Below, piece by piece: positions 47,201-61,300 of a stretch of DNA of 64,000 nt. Source of the DNA: the human T2T-CHM13v2.0 reference genome, Homo sapiens. The stretch lies in NCBI RefSeq assembly GCF_009914755.1, contig NC_060927.1, one strand, 5' to 3'. Position 1 is the stretch's first letter. Every line of letters starts with the position of its first letter. The notes beneath the pieces are model-generated. The model was not told where the DNA came from. It saw only the letters and a list, made by a program, of their open reading frames with translations, and did not search any database. A program made the translations under genes and the position numbers.

Positions 47201-50200
47201 TGTACCCCAAATATATATTTTATACTCTACATGAAATATCAAAGTTCACAAACCATATATTATATACTGTACATAAAATATCAAAGTACCCAAGGTATAT
47301 ATTCTATACTGTACAAAAAATATCAAAGTACCCAAAGCATGTATTATATACTGTACATAAAATATGAAAGTACATCAAATATATATTTTATTCTGTACAT
47401 AAAATATCAAAGTACACCAGATATATATTCTATAGTGTACATAAAATATCAAAGTACCCAAACTATACATTATATACTGTACATAAAATATGAAATTACA
47501 TCAAATATATATTATATTAGGTAAATGAAATATGAAAGTACATCAAATATAGATTATATACTGTACATAAAATATGAAAGTACCCCAAATATATATTATA
47601 TACTCTACATGAAATATCAAAGTTCACAAACTATATATTATATACTGTCCATAAAATATCAAAGTACCCCAGGTATATATTTTATACTGTACAAAAAATA
47701 TCAAAGTACCCAAAGCATGTATTATATACTATACCTAAAATATGAAAGTACATCAAATATATATTTTATTCTGTACATAAAATATCAAAGTACACCAGAT
47801 ATATATACTATAGTGTACATAAAATATCAAAGTAGCCAAACTATACATTATACACTGCACATAAAATATGAAATTACATCAAATATATATTAGGTACATA
47901 AAATATGAAAGTACATCAAATATAGATTATATACTGTAAATATAATATCAATGTACCCCAAATATATATTTTATACTCTACATGAAATATCAAAGTTCAC
48001 AAACCATATATTATATACTGTACATAAAATATCAAAGTACCCAAGGTATATATTCTATACTGTACAAAAAATATCAAAGTACCCAAAGCATGTATTATAT
48101 ACTGTACATAAAATATGAAAGTACATCAAATATATATTTTATTCTGTACATAAAATATCAAAGTACACCAGATATATATTCTATAGTGTACATAAAATAA
48201 CAAAGTACACAAACTATAAATTATATCCTGTACATAAAATATGAAATTACATCAAATATATATTAGGTATATAAAATATGAAAGTACATCAAATATAGAT
48301 TATATACTGTACATTAAGTGCCAAAGTACACCAAATATATATTTTATTCTGTACATAAAATATCAAAGTACACCATATATATATTCTATAGTGTACATAA
48401 AATATCAAAGTACCCAAACTATACATTATATACTGTACATAAAATATGAAATTACAGCAAATATATATTATATTAGGTACATAAAATATGAAAGTACATC
48501 AAATATAGATTATATACTCTACATTAAATACCAAAGTACCCCAAATATATATTTTATACTGTACATGAAATATCAAAGTTCACAAACTATATATTATATA
48601 CTGTACATAAAATATCAATGTACCCAAGGTATATATTCTATACTGCACAAAAAATATCAAAGTACCCAAAGCATGTATTATATACTGTATATAAAATATG
48701 AAAGTACATCAAATATATATTTTATTCTGTACATAAAATATCAAAGTACACCAGATATATATTCTATAGTGTACATAAAATATCAAAGTACCCAAACTAT
48801 ACATTATATACTGTACATAAAATATGAAATTACATCAAATATATATTATATTAGGTACATAAAATACGAAAGTACATCAAATATAGATTATATACTGTAC
48901 ATAAAATATGAAAGTACCCCAATATATATTATATACTCTACATGAAATATCAAAGTTCACAAACTATATATTATGTACTGTACATAAAATATCAAACTAC
49001 CCAAGGTATATATTCTATACTGTACAAAAAATATCAAAGTACCCAAAGCATGTATTATATAATGTACATAAAATATGAAAGTACATCAAATATATATTTT
49101 ATTCTGTACATAAAATATCAAAGAACACCAGATATATATTCTATAGTGTACATAAAATATCAAAGTACCCAAACTATACATTATATACTGTACATAAAAT
49201 ATGAAATTACCTCAAATATATATTATATTAGGTACATAAAATATGAAAGTACATCAAATATAGATTATATACTGTAAATATAATATCAATGTACCCCAAA
49301 TATATATTTTATACTCTACATGAAATATCAAAGTTCACAAACCATATATTATATACTGTACATAAAATATCAAAGTACCCAAGGTATATATTCTATACTG
49401 TACAAAAAATATCAAAGTACCCAAAGCATGTATTATATACTGTACATAAAATATGAAAGTACATCAAATATATATTTTATTCTGTACATAAAATATCAAA
49501 GTACACCAGATATATATTCTATAGTGTACATAAAATATCAAAGTACCCAAACTATACATTATATACTGTACATAAAATATGAAATTACATCAAATATATA
49601 TTATATTAGGTACATAAAATATGAAAGTACATCAAATATAGATTATATACTGTAAATATAATATCAATGTACCCCAAATATATATTTTATACTCTACATG
49701 AAATATCAAAGTTCACAAACCATATATTATATACTGTACATAAAATATCAAAGTACCCAAGGTATATATTCTATACTGTACAAAAAATATCAAAGTACCC
49801 AAAGCATGTATTATATACTATACCTAAAATATGAAAGTACATCAAATATATATTTTATTCTGTACATAAAATATCAAAGTACACCAGATATATATTCTAC
49901 AGTGTACATAAAATATCAAAGTACCCAAACTATACATTATATACTGTACATAAAATATGAAATTACATCAAATATATATTATATTAGGTACATAAAATAC
50001 GAAAGTACATCAAATATAGATTATATACTGTACATAAAATATCAAAGTACCCCAATATATATTATATACTGTACATGAAATATCAAAGTTCACAAACTAT
50101 ATATTATGTACTGTACATAAAATATCAAAGTACCCAAGGTATATATTCTATACTGTACAAAAAATATCAAAGTACCCAAAGCATGTATTATATAATGTAC

Positions 50201-52800
50201 ATAAAATATGAAAGTACATCAAATATATATTTTATTCTGTACATAAAATATCAAAGTACACCAGATATATATTCTATAGCGTACATAAAATATCAAAGTA
50301 CACAAACTATACATTATATACTGTACATAAAATATGAAATTACATCAAATATATATTATATTAGGTAAATGAAATATGAAAGTACATCAAATATAGATTA
50401 TATACTGTACATAAAATATGAAAGTACCCCAAATATATATTATATACTCTACATGAAATATCAAAGTTCACAAACTATATATTATATACTGTACATAAAA
50501 TATCAAAGTACCCAAGGTATATATTCTATACTGTACAAAAAATATCAAAGTATCCAAAGCATGTATTATATACTGTATATAAAATATGAAAGTACATCAA
50601 ATATATATTTTATTCTGTACATAAAATATCAAAGTACACCAGATATATATTCTATAGCGTACATAAAATATCAAAGTACACAAACTGTACATTATATACT
50701 GTACATAAAATATGAAATTACATCAAATATATATTATATTAGGTACATAAAATATGAAAGTACATCAAATATAGATTATATACTGTAAATATAATATCAA
50801 TGTACCCCAAATATATATTTTATACTCTACATGAAATATCAAAGTTCACAAACCATATATTATATACTGTACATAAAATATCAAAGTACCCAAGGTATAT
50901 ATTCTAAACTGTACAAAAAATATCAAAGTACCCAAAGCATGTATTATATACTGTACATAAAATATGAAAGTACATCAAATATATATTTTATTCTGTACAT
51001 AAAATATCAAAGTACACCAGATATATATTCTATAGTGTACATAAAATATCAAAGTACCCAAACTATACATTATATACTGTACATAAAATATGAAATTACA
51101 TCAAATATATATTATATTAGGTAAATGAAATATGAAAGTACATCAAATATAGATTATATACTGTACATAAAATATGAAAGTACCCCAAATATATATTATA
51201 TACTCTACATGAAATATCAAAGTTCACAAACTATATATTATATACTGTCCATAAAATATCAAAGTACCCCAGGTATATATTTTATACTGTACAAAAAATA
51301 TCAAAGTACCCAAAGCATGTATTATATACTATACCTAAAATATGAAAGTACATCAAATATATATTTTATTCTGTACATAAAATATCAAAGTACACCAGAT
51401 ATATATACTATAGTGTACATAAAATATCAAAGTACCCAAACTATACATTATACACTGCACATAAAATATGAAATTACATCAAATATATATTAGGTACATA
51501 AAATATGAAAGTACATCAAATATAGATTATATACTGTAAATATAATATCAATGTACCCCAAATATATATTTTATACTCTACATGAAATATCAAAGTTCAC
51601 AAACCATATATTATATACTGTACATAAAATATCAAAGTACCCAAGGTATATATTCTATACTGTACAAAAAATATCAAAGTACCCAAAGCATGTATTATAT
51701 ACTGTACATAAAATATGAAAGTACATCAAATATATATTTTATTCTGTACATAAAATATCAAAGTACACCAGATATATATTCTATAGTGTACATAAAATAA
51801 CAAAGTACACAAACTATAAATTATATCCTGTACATAAAATATGAAATTACATCAAATATATATTAGGTACATAAAATATGAAAGTACATCAAATATAGAT
51901 TATATACTGTACATTAAGTGCCAAAGTACACCAAATATATATTTTATTCTGTACATAAAATATCAAAGTACACCAGATATATATTCTATAGTGTACATAA
52001 AATATCAAAGTACCCAAACTATACATTATATACTGTACATAAAATATGAAATTACAGCAAATATATATTATATTAGGTACATAAAATATGAAAGTACATC
52101 AAATATAGATTATATACTCTACATTAAATACCAAAGTACCCCAAATATATATTTTATACTGTACATGAAATATCAAAGTTCACAAACTATATATTATATA
52201 CTGTACATAAAATATCAATGTACCCAAGGTATATATTCTATACTGCACAAAAAATATCAAAGTACCCAAAGCATGTATTATATACTGTATATAAAATATG
52301 AAAGTACATCAAATATATATTTTATTCTGTACATAAAATATCAAAGTACACCAGATATATATTCTATAGTGTACATAAAATATCAAAGTACCCAAACTAT
52401 ACATTATATACTGTACATAAAATATGAAATTACATCAAATATATATTATATTAGGTACATAAAATACGAAAGTACATCAAATATAGATTATATACTGTAC
52501 ATAAAATATGAAAGTACCCCAATATATATTATATACTCTACATGAAATATCAAAGTTCACAAACTATATATTATGTACTGTACATAAAATATCAAACTAC
52601 CCAAGGTATATATTCTATACTGTACAAAAAATATCAAAGTACCCAAAGCATGTATTATATAATGTACATAAAATATGAAAGTACATCAAATATATATTTT
52701 ATTCTGTACATAAAATATCAAAGAACACCAGATATATATTCTATAGTGTACATAAAATATCAAAGTACCCAAACTATACATTATATACTGTACATAAAAT
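44212..52800 (+). repeat. 4351-bp tandem duplication; the second copy lacks one 751-bp dimer
   Basis: Offsets of 4351: 44591/48942, 45347/49698, 46018/50369, 46774/51125. Offsets then drop to 3600 (= 4351-751): 47982/51582, 48241/51841, 48942/52542. Confidence 0.88.
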
Positions 52801-55800
52801 ATGAAATTACATCATATATATATTAGGTACATAAAATATGAAAGTACATCAAATATATATTTTATTCTGTACATAAAATATCAAAGTACACCAGATATAT
52901 ATTCTATAGTGTACATAAAATAACAAAGTACACAAACTATAAATTATATACTGTACATAAAATATGAAATTACATCAAATATATATTAGGTACATAAAAT
53001 ATGAAAGTACATCAAATATAGATTATATACTGTACATATAATATCAATGTACCCGAAATATATATTTTATACTCTACATGAAATATCAAAGTTCACAAAC
53101 CATATATTGTATACTGCACATAAAATATCAAAATACACAAGGTATATATTCTATACTGTACAAAAAATATCAAAGTACCCAAAGCATGTATTATATACTG
53201 TACATAAAATATGAAAGTACATCAAATATATATTTTATTCTGTACATAAAATATCAAAGTACACTAGATATATATTCTATAGTGTACATGAAACCTCAAA
53301 ATACCCAAACTATAGATTATATACTGTACATAAAATATGAGATTACATCAAATATATATTATATTAGGTACATAAAATATGAAAGTACATCAAATATAGA
53401 TTATATACTGTACATAAACTATCAAAGTACCCCGAATATATATTATATACTCTACATGAAATATCAAAGTTCACAAACTATATATTATATACTGTACATA
53501 AAATATCAAAGTACCCAAGGTATATATTCTATACTGTACAAAAAATATCAAAGTACCCAAAGCATGTATTATATACTGTATATAAAATAAGAAAGTACAT
53601 TAAATATATATTTTATTCTGTACATAAAATATCAAAGTACACCAGATATATATTCTATAGTGTACATAAAATAACAAAGTACACAAACTATAAATTATAT
53701 CCTGTACATAAAATATGAAATTACATCAAATATATATTAGGTACATAAAATATGAAAGTACATCAAATATAGATTATATACTGAACATATAATATCAATG
53801 TACCCCAAATATATATTTGATACTCTACATGAAATATCAAAGTTCAGAAACCATACATTATATACTGTACATAAAATATCAAAGTACCCAAGGTATATAT
53901 TCTATACTGTACAAAAAATATCAAAGTACCCAAAGCATGTATTATATACTGTAGATAATATATGAAAGTACATCAAATATATATTTTATTCTGTACATAA
54001 AATATCAAAGTACACCAGATATATATTCTATAGTGTACATAAAATATCAAAGTACCCAAACTATACAATATATACTGTACATAAAATATGAAATTACATC
54101 AAATATATATTAGGTACATAAAATATGAAAGTACATCAAATAGATATTTTATTCTGTACATAAAATATCAAAGTACACCAGATATATATTCTATAGTGTA
54201 CATAAAATAACAAAGTACACAAACTATAAATTATATACTGTACATAAAATATGAAATTACATCAAATATATATTAGGTACATAAAATATGAAAGTACATC
54301 AAATATAGATTATATACTGTACATATAATATCAATGTACCCGAAATATATATTTTATACTCTACATGAAATATCAAAGTTCACAAACCATATATTGTATA
54401 CTGCACATAAAATATCAAAATACCCAAGGTATATATTCTATACTGTACAAAAAATATCAAAGTACCCAAAGCAGGTATTATATACTGTACATAAAATATG
54501 AAAGTACATCAAATATATATTTTATTCTGTACATAAAATATCAAAGTACACCAGATATATATGCTATAGCGTACATAAAATATCAAAGTACACAAACTAT
54601 ACATTATATACTGTACATAAAATATGAAATTACATCAAATATATATTATATTAGGTACATAAAATATGAAAGTACATCAAATATAGATTATATACTGTAC
54701 ATTAAATACCAAAGTACCCCAAATATATATTTTATACTGTACATGAAATTTCAAAGTTCACAAACTATATATTATATACTGTACATAAAATATCAAAGTA
54801 CCCAAGGTATATATTCTATACTGTGCAAAAAATATCAAAGTACCCAAAGCATGTATTATATACTGTATATAAAATATGAAAGTACATCAAATATATATTT
54901 TATTCTGTACATAAAATATCAATGTACACCAGATATATATTCTATAGTGTACATAAAATATCAAAGTACCCAAATTATACATTATATACTGTACATAAAA
55001 TATGAAATTACATCAAATATATATTATATTAGGTACATAAAATACGAAAGTACATCAAATATAGATTATATACTGTACATAAAATATCAAAGTACCCCAA
55101 TATATATTATATACTGTACATGAAATATCAAAGTTCACAAACTATATATTATGTACTGTACATAAAATATCAAAGTACCCAAGGTATATATTCTATATTG
55201 TACAAAAAATATCAAAGTACCCAAAGCATGTATTATATAATGTACATAAAATATGAAAGTACATCAAATATATATTTTATTCTGAACATAAAATATCAAA
55301 GAACACCAGATATATATTCTATAGTGTACATAAAATATCAAAGTACTCAAACTATACATTATATACTGTACATAAAATATGAAATTACATCAAATATATA
55401 TTAGGTACATAAAATATGAAAGTACATCAAATATATATTTTATTCTGTACATAAAATATCAAAGTACACCAGATATATATTCTATAGTGTACATAAAATA
55501 ACAAAGTACACAAACTATAAATTATATAATGTACATAAAATATGAAATTACATCAAATATATATTAGGTACATAAAATATGAAAGTACATCAAATATAGA
55601 TTATATACTGTACATATAATATCAATGTACCCGAAATATATATTTTATACTCTACATGAAATATCAAAGTTCACAAACCATATATTGTATACTGCACATA
55701 AAATATCAAAATACCCAAGGTATATATTCTATACTGTACAAAAAATATCAAAGTACCCAAAGCAGGTATTATATACTGTACATAAAATATGAAAGTACAT

Positions 55801-57317
55801 CAAACATATATTTTATTCTGTACATAAAATATCAAAGTACACCAGATATATATTCTATAGTGTACATAAAATATCAAAGTACCCAAACTATACATTATAT
55901 ACTGTACATAAAATATGAAATTACAGCAAATATATATTATATTAGGTACATAAAATATGAAAGTACATCAAATATAGATTATATACTGTACATTAAATAC
56001 CAAAGTACCCCAAATATATATTTTATACTGTACATGAAATATCAAAGTTCACAAACTATATATTATATACTGTACATAAAATATCAATGTACCCAAGGTA
56101 TATATTCTATACTGCACAAAAAATATCAAAGTACCCAAAGCATGTATTATATACTGTATATAAAATATGAAAGTACATCAAATATATATTTTATTCTGTA
56201 CATAAAATATCAAAGTACACCAGATATATATTCTATAGTGTACATAAAATATCAAAGTACCCAAACTATACATTATATACTGTACATAAAATATGAAATT
56301 ACATCAAATATATATTATATTAGGTACATAAAATACGAAAGTACATCAAATATAGATTATATACTGTACATAAAATATCAAAGTACCCCAATATATATTA
56401 TATACTCTACATGAAATATCAAAGTTCACAAACTATATATTATGTACTGTACAGAAAATATCAAAGTACCCAAGGTATATATTCTATACTGTACAAAAAA
56501 TATCAAAGTACCCAAAGCATGTATTATATAATGTACATAAAATATGAAAGTACATCAAATATATATTTTATTCTGTACATAAATTATCAAAGAACACCAG
56601 ATATATATTCTATAGTGTAAATAAAATATCAAAGTACCCAAACTATACATTATATACTGTACATAAAATATGAAATTACATCATATATATATTAGGTACA
56701 TAAAATATGAAAGTACATCAAATATATATTTTATTCTGTACATAAAATATCAAAGTACACCAGATATATATTCTATAGTGTACATAAAATAACAAAGTAC
56801 ACAAACTATAAATTATATACTGTACATAAAATATGAAATTACATCAAATATATATTAGGTACATAAAATATGAAAGTACATCAAATATAGATTATATACT
56901 GTACATATAATATCAATGTACCCGAAATATATATTTTATACTCTACATGAAATATCAAAGTTCACAAACCATATATTGTATACTGCACATAAAATATCAA
57001 AATACCCAAGGTATATATTCTATACTGTACAAAAAATATCAAAGTACCCAAAGCAGGTATTATATACTGTACATAAAATATGAAAGTACATCAAATATAT
57101 ATTTTATTCTGTACATAAAATATCAAAGTACACCAGATATATATTCTATAGCGTACATGAAATATCAAAGTACACAAACTATACATTATATACTGTACAT
57201 AAAATATGAAATTACATCAAATATATATTAGGTACATAAAATATGAAAGTACATCAAATATAGATTATATACTGTAAATATAATATCAATGTACCCCAAA
57301 TATATATTTTATACTCT
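52540..57317 (+). repeat. 1291-bp (536+378+377, 31-mer) local repeat; also at 59071-61275
   Basis: Unit starts at 53829/55120/56411 and 54365/55656/56947, then 59073/60364 and 59609/60900, all 1291 apart. 52542/53829 are 1287 apart. Confidence 0.82.
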
Positions 57318-60300
57318 ACATGAAATATCAAAGTTCACAAACCATATATTATATACTGTACATAAAATATCAAAGTACCCAAGGTATATATTCTATACTG
57401 TACAAAAAATATCAAAGTACACAAAGCATGTATTATATACTGTACATAAAATATGAAATTACATCAAATATATATTATATTAGGTACATAAAATATGAAA
57501 GTACATCAAATATAGATTATATACTGTACATAAAATATCAAAGTACCCCAAATATATATTATATACTGTACATGTAATATCAAAGTTCACAACTATATAT
57601 TACATACTGTACATAAAATATCAAAGTACCCAAGGTATATATTCTATACTGTACAAAAAATATCAAAGTACCCAAAGCATGTATTATATACTGTACATAA
57701 AATATGAAAGTACATCAAATATATACTTTATTCTGTACATAAAATATCAAAGTACACCAGATATATATTGTATAGTGTATATAAAATATCAAAGTACCCA
57801 AACTATACATTATATACTGTACATAAAATATGAAATTACATCAAATATATATTATATTAGGTACATAAAATATGAAAGTACATGAAGTATAGATTATATA
57901 CTGTAGATAAAATATCAAAGTACCCCAAATTTATATTATATACTATACATGAAATATCAAAGTTCACAAACTATATATTATATACTGTACAAAAAATATC
58001 AAAGTACCCAAGGTATATATTCTATAGTGTACAAAAAATATCAAAGTACCCAAATCATGTATTATATACCGTACATAAAATATAAAATTACATCAAATAT
58101 ATATTTTATTCTGTACATAAAATATCAAAGTACACCAGATATATATACTATAGTGTACATAAAATATCAAAGTACCCAAACTATACATTATACACTGTAC
58201 ATAAAATATGAAATTACATCAAATATATATTAGGTACATAAAATATGAAAGTACATCAAATATAGATTATATACTGTAAATATAATATCAATGTACCCCA
58301 AATATATATTTTATACTCTACATGAAATATCAAAGTTCACAAACCATATATTATGTACTGTACATAAAATATCAAAGTACCCAAGGTATATATTCTATAC
58401 TGTACAAAAAATATCAAAGTACCCAAAGCATGTATTATATACTGTACATAAAATATGAAAGTACATCAAATATATATTTTATTCTGTACATAAAATATCA
58501 AAGTACACTAGATATATATTCTATAGTGTACATAAAACATCAAAATACCCAAACTATACATTATATACTGTACATAAAATATGAGATTACATCAAATATA
58601 TATTATATTAGGTACATAAAATATGAAAGTACATCAAATATAGATTATATACTGTACATAAAATATCAAAGTACCCCGAATATATATTATATACTCTACA
58701 TGAAATATCAAAGTTCACAAACTATATATTATATACTGTACATAAAATATCAAAGTACCCAAGGTATATATTCTATAGTGTACAAAAAATATCAAAGTAC
58801 ACAAAGCATGTATTATATACTGTATATAAAATAAGAAAGTACATTAAATATATATTTTATTCTGTACATAAAATATCAAAGTACACCAGATATATATTCT
58901 ATAGTGTACATAAAATAACAAAGTACACAAACTATAAATTATATACTGTACATAAAATATGAAATTACATCAAATATATATTAGGTACATAAAATATGAA
59001 AGTACATCAAATATAGATTATATACTGAACATATAATATCAATGTACCCCAAATATATATTTGATACTCTACATGAAATATCAAAGTTCAGAAACCATAC
59101 ATTATATACTGTACATAAAATATCAAAGTACCCAAGGTATATATTCTATACTGTACAAAAAATATCAAAGTACCCAAAGCATGTATTATATACTGTACAT
59201 AAAATATGAAAGTACATCAAATATATATTTTATTCTGTACATAAAATATCAAAGAACACCAGATATATATTCTATAGTGTACATAAAATATCAAAGTACT
59301 CAAACTATACATTATATACTGTACATAAAATATGAAATTACATCAAATATATATTAGGTACATAAAATATGAAAGTACATCAAATATATATTTTATTCTG
59401 TACATAAAATATCAAAGTACACCAGATATATATTGTATAGTGTACATAAAATAAGAAAGTACACAAACTATAAATTATATACTGTACATAAAATATGAAA
59501 TTACATCAAATATATATTAGGTACATAAAATATGAAAGTACATCAAATATAGATTATATACTGTACATATAATATCAATGTACCCGAAATATATATTTTA
59601 TACTCTACATGAAATATCAAAGTTCACAAACCATATATTGTATACTGCACATAAAATATCAAAATACCCAAGGTATATATTCTATACTGTACAAAAAATA
59701 TCAAAGTACCCAAAGCAGGTATTATATACTGTACATAAAATATGAAAGTACATCAAATATATATTTTATTCTGTACATAAAATATCAAAGTACACCAGAT
59801 ATATATTCTATAGCGTACATAAAATATCAAAATACACAAACTATACATTATATACTGTACATAAAATATGAAATTACATCAAATATATATTATATTAGGT
59901 ACATAAAATATGAAAGTACATCAAATATAGATTATATACTGTACATTAAATACCAAAGTACCCCAAATATATATTTTATACTGTACATGAAATTTCAAAG
60001 TTCACAAACTATATATTATATACTGTACATAAAATATCAAAGTACCCAAGGTATATATTCTATACTGTGCAAAAAATATCAAAGTACCGAAAGCATGTAT
60101 TATATACTGTATATAAAATATGAAAGTACATCAAATATATATTTTATTCTGTACATAAAATATCAAAGTACACCAGATATATATTCTATAGTGTACATAA
60201 AATATCAAACTACCCAAACTATAAATTATATACTGTACATAAAATATGAAATTACATCAAATATATATTATATTAGGTACATAAAATACTAAAGTACATC

Positions 60301-61300
60301 AAATATAGATTATATAGTGTACATAAAATATCAAAGTACCCCAATATATATTATATACTGTACATGAAATATCAAAGTTCACAAACTATATATTATGTAC
60401 TGTACATAAAATATCAAAGTACCCAAGGTAAATATTCTATACTGTACAAAAAATATCAAAGTACCCAAAGCATGTATTATATAATGTACATAAAATATGA
60501 AAGTACATCAAATATATATTTTATTCTGTACATAAAATATCAAAGAACACCAGATATATATTCTATAGTGTACATAAAATATCAAAGTACTCAAACTATA
60601 CATTATATACTGTACATAAAATATGAAATTACATCAAATATATATTAGGTACATAAAATATGAAAGTACATCAAATATATATTTTATTCTGTACATAAAA
60701 TATCAAAGTACACCAGATATATATTCTATAGTGTACATAAAATAACAAAGTACACAAACTATAAATTATATAATGTACATAAAATATGAAATTACATCAA
60801 ATATATATTAGGTACATAAAATATGAAAGTACATCAAATATAGATTATATACTGTACATATAATATCAATGTACCCGAAATATATATTTTATACTCTACA
60901 TGAAATATCAAAGTTCACAAACCATATATTGTATACTGCACATAAAATATCAAAATACCCAAGGTATATATTCTATACTGTACAAAAAATATCAAAGTAC
61001 CCAAAGCAGGTATTATATACTGTACATAAAATATGAAAGTACATCAAATATATATTTTATTCTGTACAAAAAATATCAAAGTACACCAGATATATATTCT
61101 ATAGCGTACATAAAATATCAAAGTACACAAAGTATACATTATATACTGTACATAAAATATGAAATTACATCAAATATATATTATATTAGGTACATAAAAT
61201 ATGAAAGTACATCAAATATAGATTATATACTGTACATTAAATACCAAAGTACCCCAAATATATATTTTATACTGAACATGAAATTTCAAAGTTCACAAAC
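53076..61300 (+). repeat. More diverged 5244-bp-offset duplication (about 53076-55900 versus about 58320-61150)
   Basis: Offsets of 5244: 53078/58322, 54365/59609, 55120/60364, 55656/60900. Shared rare variants include ACACTAGAT, GAGATTAC, CTGAACATAT, ATTTGATACT, GTTCAGAAACCATAC and CTGTGCAAAA. Confidence 0.85.
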
